From positions 32,755,967 to 32,819,966 of the forward strand of contig CM120640.1 of assembly GCA_051362555.1 (NCBI GenBank): DNA of 64,000 nucleotides, in the 5' to 3' direction. Under the pieces are notes generated by a model that saw only the letters and a list, made by a program, of their open reading frames with translations, was not told the origin of the DNA and searched no databases. The position numbers and the translations under genes were made by a program. Below are positions 53,474 through 64,000 of the stretch, in pieces; the stretch's first letter is position 1, and each line of letters opens with the position of its first letter. Source of the stretch: Lingula anatina (Eukaryota > Animalia > Brachiopoda).

Positions 53474-56080
53474 CATGATCTTGCCATTTTTATAAAAGTT
53501 TGCCGTTTTTTTTTTTTTTTTTTTTCACTTTTTTCAGCTTTAACACATTGTAAGGAAAATTGATTGGCCAATTGCATTGAAATTCACAGGAGTGATCAAT
53601 GTTACTGAAATACAGATTAAGTTTTGAAAATAAGCTTGACCAGTTAAGTTTTGGTGAAGTTATGCCTTTTTTTATTTGTATATAAGTGTTTTTTCCTCAA
53701 ATTTAATTCTCAGGCATGTTAACAGTCTCATTTTTGAACTAATTAGATATGTAAAGTTGTTCTTTTGACATTTTCTGCATCTTAACAATATTGTTAGTTG
53801 ATTATTTAAAAATGATGATAAACCTGTTATTGTGTATTGTGTAATAAAGTGTCAAAAATGGGAAAAAACTCATATCTTTACAGTTTGTCAAATTCAATCA
53901 TTCACTATGTTCAGAATCCAGAATGGAGCAAACTGGATATTTAAAATTGTTCCATTGATATTTTTCTTATGTCAACATTTTTTTTAGTTGATAATTTAAA
54001 AATGACAGTAAATTGATTATTTTGTTTTATGTAAAAAAAAAAAGGTAATGAAAATAGTAAGAAAATCATTTCAGTACAGTTATCTCGTTTACATTTTGGC
54101 ATTTTGAAGGCGAGATTCTTAACTTCCATGGCCTTGAAGACCTTTTCATGTCACATTTTCTGAATATCTATGATACTTTTATTATTAAAAATTGATGGTC
54201 ATTATACTGTTAAGCATTATGTAATATTGCATTAAAATGGGGAAAAAACCTATTTTGGACACTGATGACCATCAAGGGAAAACCATGTCACTTATAGTAC
54301 TTACTGAAAAGTGCAGCTTGTGTTGGAAAATCAGTGTGATTGTTTTCCGTTTTGTAGGCAATGCAGTTCTATAGAGTGCTATATGATGGTACTGTATGGA
54401 TGGCATGAGCAATTGTATTGGTTTTTACGTCTTTGAACATCATGTAATATTATTTTATGCACTGTCATCATTTTTCACATATTGGGATTTTCATTATGTG
54501 AATTTGAACTCTCACACATGGTCCTGAAAATGTAATTTTTTTTCACCATGTTACCTGTTGTGGATGATGAAATTTAAAGGGATAACTGTTCGTTATGGCC
54601 AAAAATTGAATTTTCCTGGAGTAAACAACAATTTCCCAATACTTACCAATGGTTAATGAATTAATTTCTACAATCAGAGTTAGTCCCTGAATTTTTTCTA
54701 AAAAGTTTTTTTTTTCTTTTTTTGTAATAATCTCTTAAGAGATTATAACAGAGTATAGCCATCTATGGAGGTCTTGTGACAAGCTCAGATATCAGAATAA
54801 TAGCTATAACTGCCATTTTGTGGTAAAACGGAATATATTATATTTCTATGAGTTGTTTACAATGTCTTATTGTGGAATATAGATCTCATACAAAGAGTTA
54901 TTATCCCTTTAAGTGTTGATTGTGCTGTTATAAACATTATTTATTACTGTATCAAAATTGACAAAATGACCTATTTTCTGCATCTTTTTAAGGTGTGACT
55001 TATGGGCCTGAAGGCCTTTACTAGTCACATTTGTAATTTTTCCTTGGGTATAATTTCAGAGCTATAAAATCAATAAGATTCAAGTGGCCATTAAATGACA
55101 TTACGAAAATGCACTTGTTGATACTGTAAACTCCCATAGGTTAAGTTCTCTGCCAGATAACTGTCCATAAAAAGGAAGCAGTGATAATTATGCAGGTAAA
55201 TATTGTTTAATATTGCAAATAAGTTTTCAAAGAAAAAATGATTTTGTGTAAGATAAGATAAGATAAGAGTTTATTTAGCCAATTATAAAAATCGGAAATC
55301 ATTTTCCTTTTGGAGCAATATACAGAGTAAAAAATAAAATAATACAATAAATAAATAAATTAAGAATTTAGTTTTGAGTTAAAATTAAAATGCGTCACTG
55401 CACTTGGATAAAAGCCAACATTAATGCTATAGATGAATAACAGTGCCTTATCTATCCTCAAACTCAATGGGGTTTTTCATATCATGTTAATACAGCAAGA
55501 TTAAAAGTTTGAATAGCAGCTTTATTGGAATATTTTTGTTTTTTTGTTTTTTTAATTTTTTTCAAACACTGGCATTTTAAAGATGTAACTTTTTACTCCC
55601 ATCCATTTGAACCTCTGCACATTTTCTGTATTTCCACATAAGCAGTTGTATTTGTATTTATGTCTTTAAACATTACTGTCATTACTGCACTGTCATCATT
55701 TTTCAAATATTGTGATTTTAATTATGTGAATTTGAACTCTCGTGGTCCTGAAACTGTAATCTTATTGCAGGGGCTGATTGAGACCATCTTCTGGACCTTC
55801 TGGAAGACTGTCAGATTTTAATGTTTACATTGATGGGTATCTATTTTTTTCTTTTGGAAGACCATCAAAAATGGAGGATGGATCAACAGAGATAATTTGG
55901 AATACTGTCAGAAAATATCTCTCCTGTTCACTCCTGTTATTGACCATGTTATCTGTTGTTCATGATTAAAATTCAGTGTTGATTGACAGCATTATTTATT
56001 ATTGCACCAAAATTGACGCAATGACCTATTTTTTTGCATCTTTATTTTCTGTTTTTTGCTGTACATTTCACAGCTTTGCT
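53474..56080. mobile_element. ~2.6-kb composite block of dispersed repeats inserted into one intron of the array
   Basis: Contains a copy of the 48.2-49.3 kb repeat, the 54578-54908 MITE and an internal duplication (54420-54990 resembles 55655-56045). Confidence 0.65.
54578..54908. mobile_element. 331-bp Kolobok-like MITE, second copy
   Basis: TTAA|AGGGATAA...TTATCCCT|TTAA, collinear with 37423-37753. An empty paralogous site lies at ~55944-55985. Confidence 0.8.
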
Positions 56081-59000
56081 GCCCCCCCCACCCCCCACCC
56101 CAAAAATAAATAAAGTTTATTAACCTTAACTTCTATCGACGTGTGAAGTCAATGTCTGGTTAGAGTTGCTCATCATCTTCTATGTCCTGTAAAAAAAAAT
56201 GAGAATGAGATTAATCTTTTTCAATTCACCTACCCTCCCTCCCCCCCCCCCAAAAAAAAGAAAGTTTACTAACCTTAACTTCTATCGATGCGTGAAGTCA
56301 ATGTCTGTGTAGAAATGCTCATCATCTTCTATGTCCTGTAAAAAGAAATAACACTAGATTTTTTTTTTTCAATTTTCTTATCCCCTCCAAAAAAATTAAA
56401 TTTACTAACCTTAAATAGTTGATCTGAAGAGTAGTCTATGTTTTATGGTAGGCACTCGTCATCTTCTATGTCCTGTAAAAAAAAATGAGAATGAGATTAG
56501 ATCTTTTTCAATTTACCTTCAACCCCCCCCCGTCCCCTCCCCCTCCCAAAAGAAAGTTTACTAACCTTAACTTCTATCAACACGTGAAGTCAATGTCTGT
56601 GTAGAGTTGCTCATCATCTTCTATGTCCTGTAAAAAGAAATAACACTAGATTAGATTTTTTTTTCAATTTTCTTATCCCCTCCAAAAAAATAAAATTTAC
56701 TAACCTTAATTGTTGATCCGAAGAGTAGTCTATGTTTGATGGTAGGCACTCGTCATGTTCTGTCCTGTAAAAAGAAATAACACTAGATTAGATTTTTTTT
56801 TCAATTTTCTTATCCCCTCCAAAAAAATTAAATTTACTAACCTTAAATAGTTGATCCGAAGAGTAGTCTATGTTTTATGGTAGGCACTCGTCATCTTCTA
56901 TGTCCTGTAAAAAAAATGAGAATGAGATTAGATCTTTTTCAATTTACCTTCAACCCCCCCCCGTCCCCTCCCCCCCAAAAAAGAAAGTTTACTAACCTTA
57001 ACTTCTATCGACACGTGAAGTCAATGTCTGTGTAGAGTTGCTCATCATCTTCTATGTCCTGTAAAAAGAAATAACACTAGATTAGATTTTTTTTTCAATT
57101 TTCTTATCCCCTCCAAAAAAATAAAATTTACTAACCTTAATTGTTGATCCGAAGAGTAGTCTATGTTTGATGGTAGGCACTCATCATCTTCTATGTCCTG
57201 TAAAAAGAAATAAGAATGAGATTAGATCTTTTTCAATTTACCTACACCCCCCCCCCGTTCCCCCCCCCTCCCAAAAGAAAGTTTACTAACCTTAACTTCT
57301 ATCGACTCGTGAAGTCAATGTCTGTGTAGAGTTGCTCATCATCCTCTATGTCCTGTAAAAGAAATAAAACTAGATTACATTTTCTTTCAATTTTTCTATC
57401 CCCTCCAAAAAAATAAAATTTACTAACCTTAAATTGTTGATCCGAAGAGTAGTCTATGTTTGATGGTAGGCACTCGTCATGTTCTGTCCTGTAAAAAGAA
57501 ATAAAACTAGATGAGATTTTTTTCTTTCAATTTACCTTTCCCCTCCAAAAAAATTAAAATTTACTAACCTTAAATTGTTGATCCGAAGAGTAGTCTATGT
57601 TTGATGGTAGGCACTCGTCATCTTCTATGTCCTGTAAAAAGAAATAACAATGAGATTAGATCTTTTTCAATTTACCTTCACCCCCCCCCCCCCGTTCCCC
57701 CCCCCTCCCAAAAGAAAGTTTACTAACCTTAACTTCTATCGACACGTGAAGTCAATGTCTGTGTAGAGTTGCTAATCATCCTCTATGTCCTGTAAATGAA
57801 ATAAAACTAGATTACATTTTCTTTCAATTTTTCTATCCCCTCCAAAAAAATAAAATTTACTAACCTTAAATTGTTGATCCGAAGAGTAGTCTATGTTTGA
57901 TGGTAGGCACTCGTCATGTTCTATGTCCTGTAAAAAGAAATAAAACTAGATTAGATTTTTTCTTTCAGTTTACCTTTCCCCTCCAAAAAATTAAATTTTA
58001 TTTACTAACCTTAAATTGATGATCCGAAGAGTAGTCAATGTTCGATGGTAGGCACTTATCATCTTCTGTGTCCTGTAAAAAGAAATGAAACTAGATTAGA
58101 TTTTTTTTTCAATTTTCTTATCCCCTCCAAAAAAATTAAATTTACTAACCTTAAATAGTTGATCCGAAGAGTAGTCTATGTTCAATGGTAGGCACTCATC
58201 ATCTTCTTATGTCCTGTAAAAAAATGAGAATGAGATTAGATCTTTTTCAATTTACCTTCACCCGCCCCCCCCATCCCCCCCCCCCCCCAAAAAATAAAAT
58301 TTACTAACCTTAATATTGATGATCCTAAGAGTAGTCTAAGTTTGATGGTAGTCACTCATCATTTTCTATGTCCTGTAAAAAGAAATAAAACTAGATTAGA
58401 TTTTTTTTCAATTTTCCTATCCCCTCCAAAAAAATTAAATTTACTAACCTTAAATTGTTGATCCGAAGAGTAGTCTATGTTTGATGGTAGGCACTCGTCA
58501 TCTTCTCTGTCCTGTAAAAGGAAATAAAACTAGATTAGATTTTTTCTTTCAATTTATCTTTCCCCTTCAAAAAAATAAAATTTACTAACCTTAAATTGAT
58601 GATCCGAAGAGTAGTCAATGTTCGATGGTAGGCACTCATCATCTTCTATGTCCTGTAAAAAGAAATGAAACTAGATGAGATTTTTTTCTTTCAATTTATC
58701 TTTCCCCTCCAAAAAAATAAAATTTGCTAACCTTAAATTGATGATCCGAAGAGTAGTCTATGTTTGATGGTAGGCACTCGTCATCTTCTATGTCCTGAAA
58801 AAAGAAATAAGAATGAGATTAGATCTTTTTCAATTTACCTACACCCCCCGTCCCCCAACCCCCAAAAAAGTTTACTAACCTTAACTTCTATCGACGTATG
58901 AAGTCAATGTCTGGGTAGAGTTGCTCATCATCTTCTATATCCTGTAAAAAGAAATAAATTTAGATTAGATTTTTTAACTTCTGCTAACCCCCCCCCCCCA

Positions 59001-61464
59001 AAAAAAAAAAAAAAAGAATAATAATAATAATAATAATACGTTTACTAACCTTAACCTGAGTGGAAGCACTCATTATCTTCTATATCCTGAAAAAGGAAGC
59101 AAAATTATATTAATTTTTTTTAGTTTTTTATTGACACAATACATTACAAATGCATGACAGTACAAAAAAGGGAACAATACTAACTCACACTTGAGAGAAA
59201 ACGGACTTCAGCCGAAAAGAAACAACATCAAAATTCGACGAGCGTGACCTAAATCGGGCACATGAAGGTTTTGGTTCTAGCCTTAAAGGGCAATCAAGAT
59301 CGACCTAGATTATGACAGAAATGAAAAGAGAGTGTGACATGGTGGCACTAACCCATCGCCAGTACCTTGGATTTCAGTCCATTTATGATTAATTTTTCTG
59401 CGGTGGTTATTCGATGTACATTTCCCAGAGCGACGAGTCCGCATGGATTGAAGAGTCGAATTCACAGAAGCACACAGCGGGGGGGGGAAAGACGAAACAA
59501 TCGGTGTTTTGTGCTAGTAAAGAAACTATCCTCAAGTGCGATGCATTGGCGTAGGATCTCATGAGATTTGATGGCGGTTCCCCGGAGAATAACGCTCTCA
59601 CTTCGCGTCCTTTGTTCTCCTCTGGAGTGCAACGCAATGTGTCCTCCCTGCTGCTCAGTGTGCTGTAAAGTGATCACACATTCACAATTGCCCGCTCTTA
59701 AACTTCCTATCGTAGATTGTCGGCTGGGGGCGTTGCTGTCGCCACCATCCTGTCAGTTTGGACGCGGGGGTGTCGTATGAGAGTGAGACACAGATTTCAT
59801 TATTGTATTGTATCTACACCTACGTTTGAAATACATTCAGCGTTTTCATACCTTAACCTTTTAGTTTAAAAAGAAAAAAATCGCACATTTACTTCGGAGG
59901 GAAGAATCAATGTTAGGCTTTAATAGTTTTTGGAGGGAAACCACGCATGCCTCTCCCCTAATTATGATTGACAGTGTCCATGCATCTTGTTGACATGATA
60001 TCAACTTGAAGTTTACTAACCTGCCCCAGGCCATCATTGAACGACCTTGTCCGCGTACACTGGAACACTTATCAACAATATATGCTGATCTACAATGCAC
60101 TTTGAAGAAACTTTCATTTCATATCTTGTTTCACAGATGATGACGTCATAATACATTTTTGCTATAAACATTTATGTGGAGTTGTCCAGCTTTTTTGGTT
60201 GCTTTGATTTTGCAAGGAGAAAGGATAACGAAAAGATAATATGCTTTGTGTGATTTTTAAATTAAAATGTTTTAGTTACTTTTTACAATTGCTTAAATAT
60301 TTTAACTATTTCTTGTATTTGCTTGAAAGAAGATGGCATGCAGCGCCCCATAGTTCCCCTTTTCACAGTTCAGAACTGGCATGTGCTTTAATGTGTGTGT
60401 GTGTGGGGGGGGGGGGGGGGGGGGGGGGAGGAGTAGGGAGTAACCTCCCTCAGCACCTGTTATCTTTTGTGTTGTTTAATTACCAAAATAAACAGGTCTC
60501 TAGCCTGAAAGAGGGGGTCAAACACGGGGGTTTCATGGTAAAAGGTCAGCTTTTCCAGGAAATGACCCCCCTCCTTTGAAATGGCTGGGTAAACTACAAT
60601 TTCTCTTTCCTTCTTTTAATTTCTTTACTAATTAGTTGGATATAGAATAAAAAAAAAGTCACGTTTTGATAATCTACTTCTCCTACAATTACCCAAATGG
60701 TCTTTTATTTTAAAAAAGATCAACAAAAAGCATACAACCATATAATGAAGAGGACATTGTACATGTTATCAGAAGACTGAGTCTCTAATAACCAAAATAA
60801 AAAGTATACTTTTAGCTGAAGATGGACTTAACGGGTTCAGGGGTTGGGGTGAGAAGTAAAAAAATAGAAAGCCAAAATGATGAAATGACCTTAACATGAT
60901 ATTACACAGCTTATACTAAGCATATTTTTCTGACTGGCGTGGAGTTTTCATTTTTACCACATGGAATTTAATGTAAGCGATACTCAGACTACCTGTTCAA
61001 TACCCGCTAGAGATATGCAAGGCGGGGACATCGTGGGATATGGTGACCAGGCCATGGATAGACGGCAGAGAGTTACAGGTGGATGAAACATGTGCCGTTG
61101 ATTACTTTTCGATTTCATTGGTGTGATGTGCGTAGAATAGGTGGTTTTGCTACTTAAAGATGAAGCCTATTTAGTGATGTCAATCAAATAATGGGGGATT
61201 GTGAAGATCTGTGAAAAATGGGTAATTGAAGGTCTGATCTTTCCCCTACTTCTACCCCCTACCGGAATAGACAAAAAACTATGAAAACTAATATTTTAGC
61301 CGATACATATTTATATTCTTATTAAAGATAAATTTCCTAAATTGATGGGTTTCAGGGGCGGATACAGGATTATTTGAAGGGGGTCCGGTGTCATGTACCA
61401 GAAAGTCCCCAATGACAGAGGGTCCGCTTTGTACAGATGTGCCTCGCCCTAGATTTTGACCCAC

Positions 61465-61728
61465 TTAGGTCAGACTAACCCTAACCATTATAAATATATG
61501 GAGGGCAAACTTTCTGTCACACGGACACTCAGTTTCGTGACACCGGAACGACAGGCCTCGAACGCTAAGCATAAGGGTGGCTTGACCCAAACCCCTCTAA
61601 TGGGTATGAAAAAACATTTTGTACAACCAAAATTGTTGTGTAAATATCCCCTTTTACGTCTATTTTGCATAAAAAGTAAAATAAAAGGCTCCATCATACA
61701 CACCCTAGTTTTATTACTTCTGACCTAA
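61465..61728. mobile_element. Possible ~260-bp MITE
   Basis: 10-bp inverted termini TTAGGTCAGA (61465-61474) and TCTGACCTAA (61719-61728). Single copy in the window. Confidence 0.35.
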
Positions 61729-63189
61729 TCTTCCACACCAGCGCTATTCGTAATAGCTTTGTAGTTTTTTTCACCAAAATGCTATAAATGGCTTTTGTTG
61801 GCAAGGAGATAAGTGAAAACCTATTGACTTGGTAAATAGCCTAGTCCAAACAAGAGACCATCAAGCCTATAATAATTACCAGAAGTTTACCAGATAAAGC
61901 AAGCTAGCCAATATACTGATGAGCATCTGCTAGATGGCCAGTTCGAAATCAATGTATGCAAGGATGCACCTGATTTAATCAGAGCCAAAATAGTTAATTA
62001 AGGCACACATCTAGCCACCAGTACACATTATGGATTCAGACCTCCCATAGCAAAACTAGACCCTCAGTGGCTGGTACTGTCAGTGTAAAGCAGGTTTCCA
62101 AGACAGTTGGAAGTTGTGCACATATGACTTCAGTTCTGTGGTATATGGGGTTTGCCACGAGGCAGGGGTACAATAAAAATTATGTTGTGGCGAAGGCTGT
62201 TTGGATGCCTCACATTTACCAACATCAAGTGGTGAGAGTATTAGCGAGACAGAAAGTGTTTCAGACAGCACATCTGATTAATTATCTATTGTTCCTTTAC
62301 ATTTTTTTAATTCTCATATTTATATATTTTGTATAAAATAACTCTTGCATTGCATTCTATACAAGGTCTTTATCACATACATAATCATATATGAAGTACT
62401 TTTTAGGTGATTTAATTATCATTGTCACACAGATTATTGGCCATAACTGTTCTTACGTGTACTATATTTTCATTTGGTTTTTACTTTTACCTTATCATTA
62501 TTTTGGTACAATTTATACCTTGTTTATTTCATGGTTAATGGAAACATTCCAAATAGCTGTTTCGAGTGCATTTAACGCATGATTTTTTGTGTTACTGTAA
62601 CAGCCTTTTACTTTTAGCATTTTTTACTATTCCATAGAGCATTGTATAAAAAATGTGTATTGGTTAACAATACAATTATTTAGACCAACAAATGCTGGTC
62701 TGTGAGAAAAGTTATATAAAATTAATAAATACGCTGAAACAAGTTTTTCTAGTTACAAGACTTTTATACAGTAAAGTGAAATCAGTGATGGTTTCTGTGA
62801 GAAAATATCGTAATACACCACCCCTCCCTCTCTTCTCTAGGATTAAAAAAAAAACAATTACTTTCCCACTTACTTGTGCCACACCACAATTATTTAACAT
62901 ATAACTCTTTTTCTTTTCACCACAAGACAAGTTTCATTAGAAAAAATTATTTAAGTAAGATGCTGAAATAAGTAGCTCTGATTCATATTAGACTGCATAC
63001 AACAGGTAAATCTGGTTACCCCCACCCCCACATATAACTCATTAAAAATACTAAGTTACGATGCCTGAAACCAAGTAATATTTTTTCACACAACAAATAT
63101 ATGCATAAACTTAATAATAGCAAATTATTTTAAAAAAATTGACGATGGGCACTTTGCCAATGGTTATCTGCACTCATCCTTTAATTTTT

Positions 63190-64000
63190 CACATATCGAC
63201 ATTTTCAAGGTGTCACTTTGAACTTCCATTGGCTTGAAGACCTTTGCTAGTCTGAATATCCGTGATATTTTTATTTTATTATTAAAATTGATGGTCATTA
63301 TGCTGTTAAGCATTATGTAATATTGCAACGAAAATGAAGAAACCTCTATTTTGGACACTGCTTTTATAGTAACCATTAAAGGAAAACCATGCCACTTACT
63401 CTTCTTAAACTTACAGGAGAGACACACAGGACTAAAATGCACCCTGTGTTGGAAAAGCAATCTAATTGGCTTCTTTTTCTGTTGTACATGTTTGTGAAAT
63501 TGTTATCTTTCACATATTGGCGTTTTCAATGTGAGACTTGGAACTCCCATGGGCATGATGCCCAGTGGTAATCACATTTTCTGAATGACCATGTTATTAA
63601 TAAAAGATAAATGGTGGTAATTATAGTTAATCATTATGTAATATCGCATCAAAATTGACAAAAAGCCAACTTCGTGCACTGTCATCACAAACGTTATGAT
63701 AAAAAGAAAACTGTGTTACTTATTATTTTTTTAGCTTAAAAGAATTATTCTTAGGATTGACATACAGCTCATATAAAAAAAAACAGCTCTATTGGATTAT
63801 CATTTTTTATTGAATTAATGCAACTTTTTGTGAAATTCTCATTTTTCTCATTCTGGCATTTTCTAAGTATGAACTTGAATTCTCATGGGCCTGAAGCCTT
63901 ATGCTTTTACTTTCATCGGTATTGCTATTGTGCATAATTTAAATTTGATGTTGACTTTGCAGTTAAGCATAATGTATTATTGCATCAGAATTGACAGTAT
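63190..64000. repeat. Further degenerate copies of the AT-rich dispersed repeat
   Basis: aacttccat.ggc.ttgaagac...attaaaattgatggtcat.atgctgtt.agcattatgtaatattgca matches 49232-49350 and 54121-54300. Confidence 0.75.

Larger units (their letters stand above)
52064..59086 (-). other. Tandem array of 30 micro-exon/intron units plus a related 37-nt exon; putative spliced lncRNA or cassette-exon gene
   Basis: Class A exons (22): 52064-52127, 52206-52268, 52347-52409, 52499-52561, 52640-52702, 52933-52995, 53085-53147, 53224-53286, 53362-53424, 56410-56472, 56705-56764, 56842-56904, 57136-57197, 57428-57488, 57569-57631, 57865-57927, 58010-58072, 58150-58213, 58309-58372, 58449-58511, 58590-58652, 58732-58794. 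Class B (8): 52793-52854, 56125-56186, 56274-56335, 56566-56627, 56997-57058, 57291-57352, 57728-57789, 58880-58941. The 37-nt exon is 59050-59086. Each has a Y-rich CAG acceptor and an AG|GTTAGT-type donor. Spacers are mostly 75-96 nt. The repeat is certain; splicing is inferred. Confidence 0.7.

Noticed and set aside
54257-54288. Hammerhead-like GACA-CTGATGA-ccatcaagg-GAAA-acca-TGTC
   Set aside because: It lacks the UH cleavage dinucleotide, and the homologous repeat copy near 63355-63395 does not keep the core.
52064-59086. CRISPR-like repeat/spacer array
   Set aside because: The intervening segments are copies of two sequences, not unique spacers. The context is eukaryotic and there are no cas genes.
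52064-59086. C/D-box snoRNA or mirtron cluster
   Set aside because: ATGATGA falls in the exon part of only some units with no matching CTGA D box or terminal stem. The introns show no obvious hairpin or box motifs.
59367-59780. Overlapping short ORFs on both strands
   Set aside because: Expected from the higher local GC content; no recognisable protein motif.
61913-61960. CTGATGA...GAAA motif
   Set aside because: There is no convincing stem I or stem III pairing and no cleavage triplet.

Overview
AT-rich, intron-rich animal DNA. The gene content and transposon types suggest a lophotrochozoan such as a mollusc (inference). Four conserved multi-exon genes can be assembled with canonical GT-AG boundaries: the 5' part of neurofibromin NF1 (minus strand, 26 exons, runs off the left edge), TMEM132 (+), SLC15A4 (-) and GLT1D1 (+). 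TMEM132(+)-SLC15A4(-)-GLT1D1(+) matches the order and orientation of human TMEM132C-SLC15A4-GLT1D1. The most unusual region is 52.0-59.1 kb. It looks like a ~140-155 bp satellite, but on the minus strand each unit is a complete micro-exon plus intron, with AG|GTTAGT donor, CTAAT branch point, pyrimidine tract and CAG|G acceptor. There are 30 repeat exons of two classes. Class A (mostly 63 nt) encodes DIEDDECLPSNIDYSSDQQFK, and class B (62 nt) has stops in all frames. Every GT/AG is intact although the reading frames often are not. Other features are a Helentron/HINE-type element with ~15 x 146-bp repeats in an NF1 intron, a minisatellite that multiplies an NF1 splice donor, two Penelope-type minimal hammerhead ribozymes in GLT1D1 introns, Kolobok-like and other MITEs, and a CR1/L2-type LINE tail. 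All coordinates and counts were read by eye and no searches were run.
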